In this document: positions 1 to 12,792 of the stretch, in pieces
Layout of the letters: each line of letters begins with the position of its first letter
How positions within the stretch are numbered: position 1 is the first letter of the stretch
From: Eukaryota sp. GEM-RC1
Lineage: Eukaryota
Direction of reading: 5' to 3'
Length of the DNA: 64,000 nt
Assembly (NCBI GenBank): GCA_040285855.1
Contig: JAUFOQ010000010.1
Coordinates: 62,001 to 126,000, forward strand
The notes under the pieces: model-generated
Seen by the model: the letters and a program-made list of their open reading frames with translations, nothing else
Told to the model about the DNA's origin: nothing
Database searches by the model: none
Program-made: the position numbers and the translations under genes

Positions 1-2010
1 AGAAATTGATTCGGCAATATAGCTCACAGAGCTTGCACTGCAACCTGAAAAGATTAGAATGGGGAACAACTCTCTTAATGAAGCAAAAAAACCGCAAGAA
101 CGAGTTTTGGTTTCCTCAATGATACAAGACCAAGAACACGCTCCAATCAAAGGATCAACCATGGGAACAGATAAAAAGACTTCATCGGAAGAATAAGCAC
201 AAGCAGAAACAGATGCAAAAGAACTTTCAACTAAAGTAGAGAGAATGTGATGGGGAATTGTCGCATTCAGACAGCAGGTCAGAAGCAGAGCAGGGATAAT
301 GATCCCGAAGGACTTAATCGAAGTGATTTTGCTTAATTTTGATGCAGAATACTGCAAAGCATTTAGTACCTTAGAACGAACTTTAGCAACAAAAGCTTCT
401 AGTGTCGGAGTATTCTGGTAATATGCTATCCAAATAGGCCTCAATGAAACAGCTATCTTGGTAGGAAGAAGATCAGACATCAAAGAGTTCAGCTCTACAC
501 CTAATACCGTTAGTGGATCCAATTGAGGTGGAGGGACAAGTACTGGAGACAGGGTCTTACCACTGAGAACTTCCATTAAAAAGTAAGGTTTTAACATATC
601 CGGCCGGTACTGCCCACTTCTCACATCATTGTGACAACAGTTTGTAAGATTGCAATGAGTACCAGTCACTACAACTAGAAGATTGATAGTAGACGGGCCT
701 TTTTGAAGACCTTTCTGATCCACCAAAACTTTTCCATATGCAATAGCAATATTTCGCGTGGCATGTCGAAGAGAACGGAATAAGTTCCAGTCGGAATCAT
801 CTTCAAAAGAAATGTCAGAAAAGTTTTCATTGTCTACCAATGTACCTACTTCATCAAGAAACAAACAAAAACGAGTGTTTGCGGCTTCAGTGGTAGATTC
901 AAGAAGTTTGTTCCGCATGACACAGAGAATTCTTGAAGAGGTTCATCACGATGCTTTGATAAAAGCTGCTCTGTACGTTCCTTAACATTGTCATACATTT
1001 GAGTCCAATTGTCTTCGCTGGCTCTAAAATTAGGTGTACTTTCCATCATCATGGAAACAAGAAGAGCTTGCAACTTCATGACCGAAGCTAACACTGAGGA
1101 TCGTACATTAAGTATTTTCTTTAACCAAGAAGAAAAGGAAACAGGAGTCTTTGGCCAGCTATTCTGAACTACTGAACCATGAAGGCGAGGGAAAGTCAAA
1201 TATAGAGTGCGGTAGTGGATGTTTTCTGACAAAGGATCATTACCTAAGTTAGAACAAACCTCTCTAACCAAGCGGGACTTTCCGCATCCTGTACTACCAA
1301 TTACGGGAAGGACATTGGAATGAAAGCAAGACAGAAGATTGTTAATATCAAACGCTGACTTAATAGATTGGTTTAGTCTATCCATGGACTCAACAGGATG
1401 AAACTGACAAGACTGAAGAGGATCTTCAAACTCGGAAGTAGATGGGATTAAGGGGAGAGTGGAATCAGAGACTGTATGCAAGGTCAATGACAAGAGTCGT
1501 ACAACGTGACGTCTAAACACATATTGCATTATATCAAGGCGAGCAGAGTTCGTACCATTTCTTTCCAATTTGGCATAAAGGCTAAAGTAAGAACAATGGA
1601 GGAACATACGAAGCGTTTTTCCGGTTAATTTCATTGAGGACCTCGATAAACAACTCGGGAAACCCTACAAATTAGATAGAAAGAGTGACAAACCGTTGAC
1701 GTCAATTACGAGACTGTACCGGTCTATAAGATCACGAATGTTCACATCATTCATTGTGAGATGATATGAATGACTCTTGGATTCGAGTTCAATACGTAGA
1801 GCTTGTGGTTGTCCTGGTGGGGCGACAAGAACTGTAACGGTAAAGACCACAGAACTGGCTTCGGAAGAAGAGTCGAGTTTAATTGGGACCGAGCATTCAC
1901 AGCTTTTGCGGAAGACTCCAGAAGGTAGAGAATCTTGGCCCATAAGGGAATTGTTGTGGTATCCGAATTTAACTGTGTCGGAGGCTACGGTCTGATGACG
2001 GAGAATCCAT
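1..2010 (-). CDS. Crinkler-type (CR-NTPase) P-loop protein; frameshifted, runs off the left edge
   Basis: Walker A VIGSTGCGKSRL (ORF 846-1634). After a frameshift near 900-945 the frame reads TRFCLFLDEVG (Walker B), LFRSLRHA and further on LRPIW. N-terminal part in ORF 1665-1943. Confidence 0.6.
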
Positions 2011-3122
2011 TGATGTAGTCACAAAATTTGTTATCTTCTCATGCTACAACTTGTACCATACATTCTTTACACTTAGGTCAATTTCACCACAACACGGTTG
2101 ATTGCATGTCTTTTGATAATAACCTATTGCATTACAGTTCTTACTGACAGCTTTCTTCTTCGGAATCGGATCCTATTGTTCAGTAGTATTTATCCGGATG
2201 GGCTCTTGCATGTCAGTATTTGCATGATCATCAGATGGAGGCACAAGTGATTTATTCATGACTTGCAGTGCTTGTTCCAGATCTTTTCTTGCTCGTATCT
2301 GCTACACTTGTATACAACACAACTCCCAGTTACGATATAAAATATCAATTAGATCTTCTTCATCTTCAGAATCGTTTTCATAGCAACCTCTGCACATTGA
2401 TATTCTTCCAGACTAAGTCATCTCCGCACCTGTAGTAGCTCGTGAGTACAAGGTATACCGTACACTCTTCTATGATATCCTCAAGTTCGTCTATTTACAT
2501 TATAAAGATCATTCAATGTTAGATTCCTTCTTGAAAGAGAATATCACGAGTAAACCTCACACTACAACATACCACAAAGGTTTTGTATACTGTAAGATTT
2601 ATTTCAGAGGAAAAAGACTTCCATCTATGGGCAGAGAAGATGTTATTGTTGGAGGAACCAGTTTGATTGTGGTCTCTACATTGTATGTCAAGGGCAAACT
2701 GAGGAGGGTCTAAGTAAACACCGACGCCATCTAAGATGTACATCGATGTCAAGGCGCGATATATTCGGAATGGGCATGAGAGTTGGAAAGCCCTGGTATT
2801 ACGGGATGTTCCTTAGACACACGATTGCAATGGATATACGAATCTCTTGCATCGATTTTTCTCTTACAGAGGCTGTATCTTGGTTCTGCATCAATATAAT
2901 ATGCATTCTTGGAAGGCTTCATTAATGGAGTCAAGCGGTTTTCTTAATTCATTAGAAAGGTTGCTGATGTCGCAGCAACGTCTCTTTGGCATTTAAAGAG
3001 TATGTTGATGAAGAAGTTTATATCACCAGCTAGAGTGTGATTCACCACAACTATGTGGTATGTATTAACAGAAGATAACAAATTTTCTTCTCCTACTATG
3101 GAATTCACTTGGGGTGCATACA

Positions 3123-3254
3123 GATATGTTGATTCCATTTTGTCCAAGTTGTTTGGAGGCAACCACTTTTCGGAATTAGGTAGTTCGTTTGATAATTTGT
3201 TTTAATAGTGTATTTATTTGTTGTTTTCTTATTATGTGTTTTTCTCCGCACATA
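3123..3254. repeat. Dispersed ~130-bp repeat, copy 1
   Basis: Near-identical reverse complement of 45156-45289 (shared aacaacttggacaaaatggaatcaa and aaaacacataataagaaaacaacaaat). Confidence 0.85.
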
Positions 3255-3289
3255 AATCCGATTTTTTATTAAATGTGTTTTAATCAAAA

Positions 3290-4950
3290 ATGTTTTTGAT
3301 TGCCAAGGCACCTGTAACTGTAATTGTGAATTTTCTTGAGGTTCCCTTTGTGAACTACTTATCTTCAAGTTTTAGATTTCTAGGTTGCTATCTTGGTTCA
3401 CATGACAACATTGTTAAAGATCTGAATGTATATTTGGATTCAATGCGAAAAGAATTAGATCAAATTAAGACACTGCAATTAGAAAAATATCTACATGCTA
3501 AAAATTTGTTATTCAGGAAAAGTTACTCATTTTCTTCGCTCTCTACCCCCTGTATTTACCTATAACTTCTGTAGAAGCTTTAACAAAATTCGTACTGACT
3601 TTCTTGCATTTTTGTTATCAGTGGATCCTGCTGCTTTGAACAATCACATCTTCTCAGATCCTCATCTTGGTGGTATTGGTTTCACTTCGTCTAAATGGTG
3701 GACCAAATCTGCTTTCATTGATGGTTGTAAGAATTTTGTCTTTGAGTTCTGTAGACGATAAGAAAATCTTCTTGTTTCTACTATTAGTTGTTTCTTGGAA
3801 AATTTGAGATCAGAATTGTTGCTAATTTCACCTGACCTCTGGCAAACTTGTTTCCCAGTAGATATTTGTGAAATACCAGAACGATGTGTCATCTCGTTAA
3901 AATTTGCTCTCCAGAAACTCCAACCATCTTTTAAAACATTTTGGATATCTGGATTTTAAAATTTGACTTGGTGCGGGCAAAGAAAAAATTGAACCTTCAC
4001 AAATTTTTTAATCGACTTGAAGGACAGTTCTTCAGTTGCTTTGATTAACCAAATTCCTCAGATTTATGGTTTGTTGTTGAATGATCATCAATGGACTACA
4101 ACATTCAGACTTCGATGTTTCTTGTGGCCCTCTAATTTACCTAATGATCTTCAATGTAAATGCGATAATTCGGTTACTTTTTCTCAATTTTTGAGTTGCA
4201 ATCGTTTTATTACTTATTGAACTTGCATTCATGATGCTGCCAGAGATCAAACTCACGCTATGTGTAAGTCCTACAAAATCGAATCTTTCGTTGAGCCACT
4301 GTTGAGATCTCTTGAAATCAATAATTTAAAACCTAGTGATTCTGATAAGACTTTTGGTAAGAGATGAGCTGATGTCAGAGTTCCTTCAGTCAATGATGAA
4401 CTAACGGTAGATGATGTGATTACTGTGGATGTTTGCAAAAAAAGTGCATTTAAGGATGCTAAAAATGAAGTATCTCCACTTGGTTTTTCAGAACAATACA
4501 AGAAAAACAAATATGATGTATGATTGATTGCTCTCAAACATACTAGACATGTTGAGTACAAATTATGTTCAACAAGGTTCGATTCGAAGGAATCTTGTTT
4601 TGATGACATTGAGTATTAGATCATCTTTTTGTATTTTCGAATAAAGTTTATTTACTAAAAAAAATTATGTCCTTTTGCAATTTCGACTTATGGTCGACTT
4701 GGTAAAGAGGCTCTCTGTTGTCTTTCTGATTTTGAGAAAGTAGTCAAAAAAAGAATGAACAAGAAATTTGATTTTAAGTTTTGGTTGAATCGAATTGTTT
4801 TTACAACATATAGTACAATTTCTATTATGATTTCAAAAGCTCTCAGTATTTTTTATGAAGATAAAGCTGATGTGAGTTTTAATGGCAATGATTGTTGCTT
4901 TAATGATATTGAGTTCTAGTTTCTGTGTTTATTTTCGTGTTTCTGTTCCA
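3290..4950 (+). mobile_element. 5'-truncated RLE non-LTR retrotransposon (CRE/R2-superclade-like), degenerate
   Basis: End of RT (FRFLGCYLG), thumb region (FSDPHLGGIG), Cys/His knuckle (CKC...IHDA), RLE nuclease region (R*ADV...DVITVDVC), C-terminus CCFNDIEF* at ~4919. Close paralog of 42009-43081. Confidence 0.85.
4569..4661 (+). mobile_element. 93-bp 3' tip of a related retroelement nested in the element above
   Basis: TSD aaattatgt at 4560-4568 and 4662-4670; encodes ...RFDSKESCFDDIEY*, then AATAAA (4640-4645) and an A-tail; absent from the paralog at ~42780. Confidence 0.85.
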
Positions 4951-6977
4951 TACAAATACACAACATTACAGTTAGTAATGGGCAAAAGACGAGACCAACC
5001 GACCAGACTACAGACCACTAAAGTATGGTCTTTAGTCCATTCATGTTTGTTGTAGTTTTAGGAATACATCACTAAAAGACCTAACACATGGCTTCCACTT
5101 CGTACTTCGTACTTCCATTTTGAGATTCTGAAAACTCCTGAAAACCTAGAATTGGAGTATATGATTACCTGGTTTTGTCATAAAATAACACAACTTCCTT
5201 TTCACACATGATGACAGGCCCAGTTACATAGAAAATAATGTGTTCAGTTATACAAAGTAGAAATTCTCAGTATCAAAAAGTACTTTGTCTACTGAATAGA
5301 ATCACTAAATGACAGACCGAAATGAGAAACACAAATTGAAATACAAGAAACAGTTTTGAAGTTGTCGTATTTTGGAAAACCTACTCAGATCAAATTGATA
5401 GAACGACTGAAATCACCGAAGCATAACTCATTGATTTATATTATCATTATTTCAAAAGGATAAATCCATTGAAAAGATTGTATTTCTTTGGATTCTCTAA
5501 GATTCTTTTTTTTAAGACTGTGAGACTATTGAGAAGAGATTGGGCAAAGATACACTAAAAAAAGAACACTGAACATTGAAATGTACAAATAACAAAAGCG
5601 GTGATGATAGACAATAAAACACGAAATTAGACATGATAGGTAGATAAAAAGAAAGACAAATCGTTAATTTTAATTTTTTTTAAATTGATTTTAATTAAGA
5701 CACTGATTAAACGTACCTCAAAAGGTACTATAAATTGATTTATTTTGTTGCGGTAAATTGGATTTTTTTTGCTTTTAAAGTTAACAACAAACCAAACATT
5801 CTGTTTTCAAGTATTATTCATTGTATACGACCAGAACCAGACTTTTCCCAAATTTCTTCTGTTTTTATGAAGCTTAATGATTCTGATCATCTATCAGATC
5901 TAATTTGCAGTCATCCGGAAGTAGTTGAAATGCTGATGATAATTCTTGCTTTTACAAAGATTCAATCTGAGTCATATTCCATTTATTGGGCCTTGGTTTG
6001 AAAGTGAATATTCGTTCAAATATAAAAATTTTCTCATGTGTCAAAGCTTGTTAAAGAGACATAACACGCAGATCAAACAAGTCAAAGGTAAATCCGTTTT
6101 GTTTACAATGGATGTACTACATTCCACATTTTCTCTTCAAATGATTTCAAGGATCGAGTTCAGGTGAGAGTTTTAGTCTATCACGTGATAATGACAGAGA
6201 TGACGTGAGCAAGGAACCATGACACTTCTTAAAAGAAGGTATGATGACGTTTACGATATCTGTAACTGTTGATCTCCCAGAGCTAATTGGAACTATTTCC
6301 CTGATCAAGCTTCTTTCGTCACGATGTAAATTAACGAGGTTCCCCGGACGTTAGAGTAACGGAAGTTAGACCATTCTGGTCCTCCTAGAACGGCGTTTTA
6401 AGTGATGTATGAGAGATAGTATTAGAGTAAAAGAAGTGGTAAAGTGGAGATGAAGTTGTTTAATCATGGTATTGGCCATTGTTAAAGTCAGTCCCTTCGT
6501 CATACACAATGCTCTATCGCGACTTCTCTTCTATCTCTATAATACATTCCCCAAGATTCCATCTCGGCTCACATACACCTTCTATACGATATAGGACCAT
6601 TCAATCTAAAGTTGAACTCTGCAATCTTTTTGAAACTAAAGTTGGTCACTTTCATCACTATCTATCATTGAAAGTCATCTCGAAGTCATCTCACTAGTGA
6701 TATTTGACAGACTGTTTGTTTCTTCTTCTCCTCTAACTACTTCCGCAAGTAATTATCTTCATCAACAGGGTCGCTAACATCAACATCTACTCCAAAACTG
6801 CTACTGCTAGCTAACATTCCTTCAACTGATACTACTCTCCCTCTCACGTCATCGTCGCGTCATCGTCTTTCTTACTCACGAACGTCTCACACTTATATTA
6901 TCTCCACATACCCATAACTTCTCTGCGTCCATAACCGTATGGCAATTTTAGGCCGTGACGAGTTGATAAAGCATATT

Positions 6978-7070
6978 CAGGGGTTGGTCATTGGTGGTGT
7001 CATACGCTCCATGCGTTCCATACGCCATTATCCATACGCCATTGTCCATATGTCATTGGTACATGGCTTT
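6978..7070. mobile_element. Orphan hAT-like terminus
   Basis: CAGGGGTTGG start followed by repeated catacgc/ccata subterminal motifs; partner end not found. Confidence 0.4.
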
Positions 7071-8199
7071 TGAAAATGGGGTTAAAGTACAACATTGATT
7101 TCTTTCATGCATTTCCTCCTAGTGTTATCTCTCTTCAGAATTGCCAATCAATTTGATTTTTGATACAGTGTTCCACTCTTCTCAAAATCTGAATATATTC
7201 ACCCCGTTTTTTAACATTTGAACTCTTTTGTATATTATCACAGTCTCATTTGGTATTTTTAATTTTTTTTAATATTTCACTATTTTGGTATCGTTTACGA
7301 TTGCTTTCTGTTATTGTCCATGAGTTTTCTCATCAAGATGGTTTGTCATGAGAGTGTTTATTTCTTTTAAGAAAATACTAATACATTAGTGATTAAATTG
7401 ACATTCTCTATATCAAAAGTCCACTTCAATTGACAAGTTCTACTACAGCTCGTCATTTGTTAGAACTCTGACGATTCTATTATGACTCTGATCTCTTGTA
7501 CTATATGTTTGTTAGTCTAATTAGTCTCATACTCATCCGGATCCCGTGCTAACTCGTGATATGGGGTGTTACACTTTCCTTCCAAATTCATTTGTTAGTT
7601 TCGATGTTAAAAGTAATTTTTATCATGTTGTTTTGTTCAAGATTTGCTATTCATATTTTATTACCACACATGTCTGCTCAGCTACAGCAGAAACAATATT
7701 CAAATGAGCTTTCACTTATTTAATAGATTTTATATTAAATTAAACAACAAATTTCGTTTAAACTTCCTAATTAAATTCAATGTTTTGGGATAAACCGGGT
7801 CCAAGATCGTGTTTTAAAAGGAAGTTTACCCAGGAACCGAACCCAAAACTGGTGCATGTGAATTATTTAAAAAATTCAAAGACAGATGGCCATCGTGCTC
7901 TCTACGAAGTTTAATTTTTAATCAATTAATAAAAAGAAAACATTTCATCACCATTTCGAAAGCAAGAACAACGAATGCGAACAAGAACGAGTCAAAAGGG
8001 CTTCAGAGTCTAATTAAATTTGATGTTCATTTAATGAAGATATTCAAAAGTTAGTTGACCTGTAGATAAACCAGGTTTTAACCTTTCTTACGAATTCCTT
8101 GAGAAGAGGAAAGAAACTTGTCATCAAAAAATAAATCAGAAGCATATTCCTTGCTCCAAAAGAAAAAAGATAACAAAAATGTAAATTTTTGACCTGAAT

Positions 8200-8530
8200 T
8201 CAACAATTCGCAGACATGGCAGTCATACCGTCATTGATAGGAGCAATGAGGAATCGAGTACCGGTGTTTTTACCGGTGTTTTTAGCAATAAGAATTTGTT
8301 GATCTTCAGTTCGTTTATATTCAGGATCAAGATCAGCATTCAATCCATTCATCACACTAGAGAGGATACACTATAGATCAAATACTCGTCCTGCAGAGTT
8401 GAAAAGGTACTGACAGTATTGAAAGATAGTATCGTCATCTATCCATTGGCCAGGATTCAGATACTCTAGGGAGTCTTTGGACAACCTTCCGGGATTGGAT
8501 TCAATGTCACCATCAGCGGTGAGGTCTTTT
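8200..8530 (-). pseudogene. 2A-like peptide followed by a SENP8/Ulp1-family (C48) protease remnant
   Basis: KDLTADGDIESNPG-R then SLEYLNPGQWIDDDTIFQYCQYL; past the in-frame stop at 8371-8373 the frame continues to RFLIAPIND. The His-Trp catalytic motif is not found. Confidence 0.6.
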
Positions 8531-10189
8531 GGGGACGGATGTCTACACGGTTTTTCAATAGTACTCGTACGGTAGACAGAGAGTGAGAGTAACAATGATG
8601 GAAGAATGTCTTGAAACAGAGGAGGAGACGAGATCAATGTACACGGAGAGGAGAAATTTAAGAAGGGTTGTAAGAGCAATTGGTAGCAACAGAATTGGAA
8701 CTTCCTTGACACAACACCAAGAACTACATGACCCATTCGAGAGTCAAACCGCACAATGGATTGACTGTTGGCGTAGTTTAACGTTTGTAACGGAGACATC
8801 AAGTACTAGCGTAGTGGCAAGAAAAATGGATTTCGGTTTACAGTAATTCGTCTTGTCACTAATGACGTCATCATTCTTCTGAAGATGTCAGACTGTATTG
8901 CAGTACATGGTCTTGACTTCTACTGACTTCCTTTGCAATATCTATTTTGAATTCAGATGTAACCAATTCTTGGACTGTCAATCAAAATTTATTGCTTTCA
9001 GTCAACATATCTAATACTATCTGTTTTCTCTTCCTCAATTCTTGTAACTCTTCAATTAATGCTTTGTTGCTTTCATTGATAGTAGATTGAAGCTTATCAA
9101 ATGCTTCAGCTAAACTATCTAATTGTGTTTAAAATGAGCATATATCATGTAACACGCCTTTACGATGGCAGTAAATGAACTTGTTTTCTCGTTAAGAATC
9201 TGTCTAATTGCAGAATTCACTTCAGAAACTTCATCTAGAATTTCTTTGGTTTCCTGAACTTGGTGCACTCTCGAATATGTAGATCTCTTCTTGTCAGCTT
9301 TCAGAGGAATTGTATTAGTGGTCACTGGACTGGCCTTTGTATAAATTGTTGTGGCACGACTTAATACATCGTAAGGGAGGATATCGATCAATTCCCCCGC
9401 CCAAACTCTGTACCTTCTTCACAATGAGCCCTCCCAGGAACAAAGATCAGAAGTTCAGCTAAATTGGCCAATGGGGCCACCTTGGAAATACTGAGAGAAG
9501 TATCTCAGAATCCCAGCCTGGTCGTCAATCCATGGTTTAATCGAGGAAATGTCTGACATTAAGATCACTATTAGTGGTGAATGATTTCAGTTCTGAAGTG
9601 CATGTCTTCCTTATCTTTGGTATAGTATTGCCCCACAGACTTTTCACATCAAAATGGTTTCAGACCCATCTCTGGCTTATGGTGATAGTGTATCTACAGT
9701 AGTGCAGTCTGTACTTCTCTCCAGACTCCTGCAATCATTTTTGATTGGTATACACTTTTGACATGATTGATACTCCCAACATTTTTTTCAGTGGGTTTCT
9801 ATTTTTCTGAAAAAAAAGCTTCTACACGTCACTAATGTGATCAAATTGGATCAAACTCACACTGTACATTGTATCTCTTTGTAGACTTTGTTATTCTGAT
9901 GTCTTTGATTCTCATTCTTGTATAATAAACAACTCATTTATATGTAAAATCAGATTATGTATCTATAAGCATGAAAACATTGATGTCAAGTCGAGGTTTA
10001 TTGTAAAAACATAGTGAACATATATCTTTGAGACTTCGCCAAAACAGAAGTTTCTCCAACCTTCATTTCCGATCCATAGTAGAGTAATGAAAGAACAAAC
10101 TACTAATTAAGCAAGTGCTTTCATCGCAAACCTCAGCATCACCAATTGAGCCAGGCATAGTTTCCTTCATATTTTCACGGAAAAAACAC

Positions 10190-10930
10190 CTTAGGGGGGC
10201 GAGACATTGTTTAGAGTAAGGAGTAAAGGTTTTTATGAGATGATGATCATCCTCTAATTCTCAAGCGGACTAAAGCAGCTTTCAGCTCCAATCTGTTGCT
10301 GAAAGTATCCGTCTTTCTAAAGACAATGGTTTTGAAACAGTGGTTTGCATCAAAGGATGATCTTGTGAAGACACGGTTTTAAGGTTTTGAGAAACTTGGT
10401 TTATAAAACCCTAAACCTTAATAATCCTAAGAGATAGCTGCATCAAGATCCAAAGTAAAAGATGCAATTGAAAGCATCACGTGATACAGTAGAGACTACA
10501 GAGCTGAATGTGTTGATCAAGGAGCTTAAAGGTGGTGAAAACGAAATCAACCGCTCCCAACAACCACCTGAAGATCAAGCTGTAGTTCTCCAACTGACAC
10601 AGGAGAATTCCCGTCTGCTCGCTGTAGTAAAAGAGCAAGCACGCCGAATCAAATCTCTGGAGCTAGGACTAGAGCTTAAAGACTATATCCACAAGATTAC
10701 TGAACGATTCAACTGCTAATCTCACAAGCGATGTTAATCTTAGATGTCAAAAACTGATGGAACAAGCTCATAATATCACAACGCTAGGGGAAACTTTTGA
10801 GCAACTATAAATACTTCTTGCTGATGTCAAGGAATGCAATGAAAATTTTTTGAAAGTAGTGAAGATCACAAACGACCTCAAAGTACTGGAACGAGACCTA
10901 CCAAAACACGTAGAATGTAGAAGTTTTGAA
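10190..10930 (+). mobile_element. Possible LTR-retroelement remnant (LTR end plus coiled-coil/gag-like ORF)
   Basis: GGGGGGCGAGACA (LTR-like 3' end) ending at 10206, followed by degenerate coiled-coil ORF 10462-10719. Confidence 0.3.
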
Positions 10931-11185
10931 TAATGATCGACTGTCGTATTGATCTAATAGTACAGTATTAATAGTCTAGATTGGAAATTGAGAAAGTAAG
11001 TCTATTATTAGTGGTAGGTCAGACCTTCAGAAGAAAGGTCAACAAACTTAAACTTTTGTTTCCCTAGTACAAAATTGTTGTCCAAATGGTGGTGAACTCC
11101 TTAATGTCTTTTGTTATTGTGGACACTGCAATGATATTGGGATTTCAGTACAATCTGGTCGTGTAGTTTTGTCCATAGCGTCAAA

Positions 11186-11955
11186 TGGTTCCACAACGTC
11201 ATACAACCACTCGTCGACGCGGATCTAGATCTAGACCTCATAGAACTCGTCACGTCATCGTGGACTCTTCTCCGTCTGATGAAGAACGACATCCATCCAA
11301 TCCAACTCCTACAACTCAACTTCCTGTTCCAAACTCACCAATGTATGATTAGACTTGTATTTATCTAATTTCAGATCTGAATCAACTCTGACAAGAGAAA
11401 TTAACCGTCGAATACAGACTCTTGTGGAATCTATCGCTAAGTCTGGTCGACAAACAATTGTAACGGCAATTATTTTAACACAAGGCTCTGAAGTGACCCA
11501 GAAGTGATCAGTAACCCTGATAGATCTACATTTAGGCAAATGTTAGAGTCTTTCATCGATGACACTTATACATCAGTAGAATTTTAAAATTGTAAATTTT
11601 AAATTCAGACAGACGACCACTGGTGCTCCTGGTGAGAGACAAAAACCAAAACCATTGAGTGTAACTATTAACAATATACTATCTGATTAAATCATAAAAA
11701 TTTAAAAATTTCCTTTCATCTTTTTCGATCTACTTCTCAAAATTGCAAGTCTGGTTGGTAGCAAATGTGGTAGCATTGTTGATGTACTAGGCTATTCTAG
11801 ACTTATTCAATTGTTATATATGAACGTTAGACGCTCAAAATCCACAGTCTGATACCACGTGATACAACGTCGTACAACCACTCGTCGTCGCGAAAAATCA
11901 TTGAACTCGTCACGTCATCGTGGATTCTTCTCCGGTTGTGTCCGCTGAAGAAAAG
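11186..11955 (-). mobile_element. TRIM-like small LTR element
   Basis: Two ~100-bp direct repeats (11186-11291 and 11860-~11955; shared tacaaccactcgtcg and gaactcgtcacgtcatcgtgga). iMet PBS TGGTATCAGA on the minus strand at 11848-11857, 2 nt from an LTR ending in CA. Confidence 0.6.
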
Positions 11956-12724
11956 GAAGTGCTAAAATATTTGGAAATCTTACAGCTGACCATGGAAAAC
12001 TATGAGATCAGTGGTTTTACTAACCACAAGCTGATCACCACCCGCCTTTCTCACAAAAGAGAACAGATGCTGTTTGCCTTTATCGAGAAGATTGGTAAGG
12101 CAAATACCATATCACTCACTCGCCTGTGTTTGATATGAAGGAGGTTTCTTGATGCTGACTGGGCGATCAATGAACCCAGCAGGAAGAAAATGGATGTAAA
12201 AACATATAAGTACACCTATAGGTGTACGCTAGTGAGATTTTGACGAATGGTTTCACCCGCCATAAAGCACTGTTGAGTCAACAACCCGTCTGACTGCAAT
12301 CAACAGCAGAGATATTTTGCCTTCATCATACTGGAGAAGAGTCTGGGTTAGAACAAAACCAAGCCAATATGTCAAAGAAAAGTGATGTTGATGGAAAAGA
12401 AGTTGATTCAATCAATTGAACTTTAGCACTTTAGAAATCAAAATTTGAGGAATTGAAAAAAGTTACATTAAAGTCACTTAAAAATACTAATAAATCGGCA
12501 CTAGGTCTGTGACTTTAAACGTGATAAAGAAATAAAGAATAACAATGAGTGCCTACAATCAAGAAGAAATTCTGAGTAGCTAAAATTACTTTTTCCACTG
12601 AATAGAATCACTATATGTCAGACATTTTAAAAAATTAGAAATAAAAAACAAGTGAAATTTTTAAATTTTGGTGCCGAAATTTCATACACCATGTAAAAAA
12701 AAGTTCAATTTCAATACAAAGTGC

Positions 12725-12792
12725 TTGTCAAATTAAATTCAAAGTTATTGTCAAATTAAATTCAAAGTTATTGTCAAATTAAATTCAAAGTT
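12725..12792. repeat. 23-bp tandem repeat x3
   Basis: Unit ttgtcaaattaaattcaaagtta repeated three times without spacers. Confidence 0.95.

Noticed and set aside
2050..2940. Protein-like fragments here and at 8880-9400 and 19500-20400
   Set aside because: Heavily interrupted, with no motif I can assign.
5255..5320. Similarity to 12570-12625 (actgaatagaatcact) as a functional element
   Set aside because: Short diverged dispersed repeat without ends or structure; likely transposon debris.
7458..7573. Solo LTR ending GGGGTGTTACA
   Set aside because: No TSD, PBS or second copy found in the window.
12725..12792. CRISPR-like array
   Set aside because: Head-to-tail 23-bp tandem repeat with no spacers, in a eukaryotic context.
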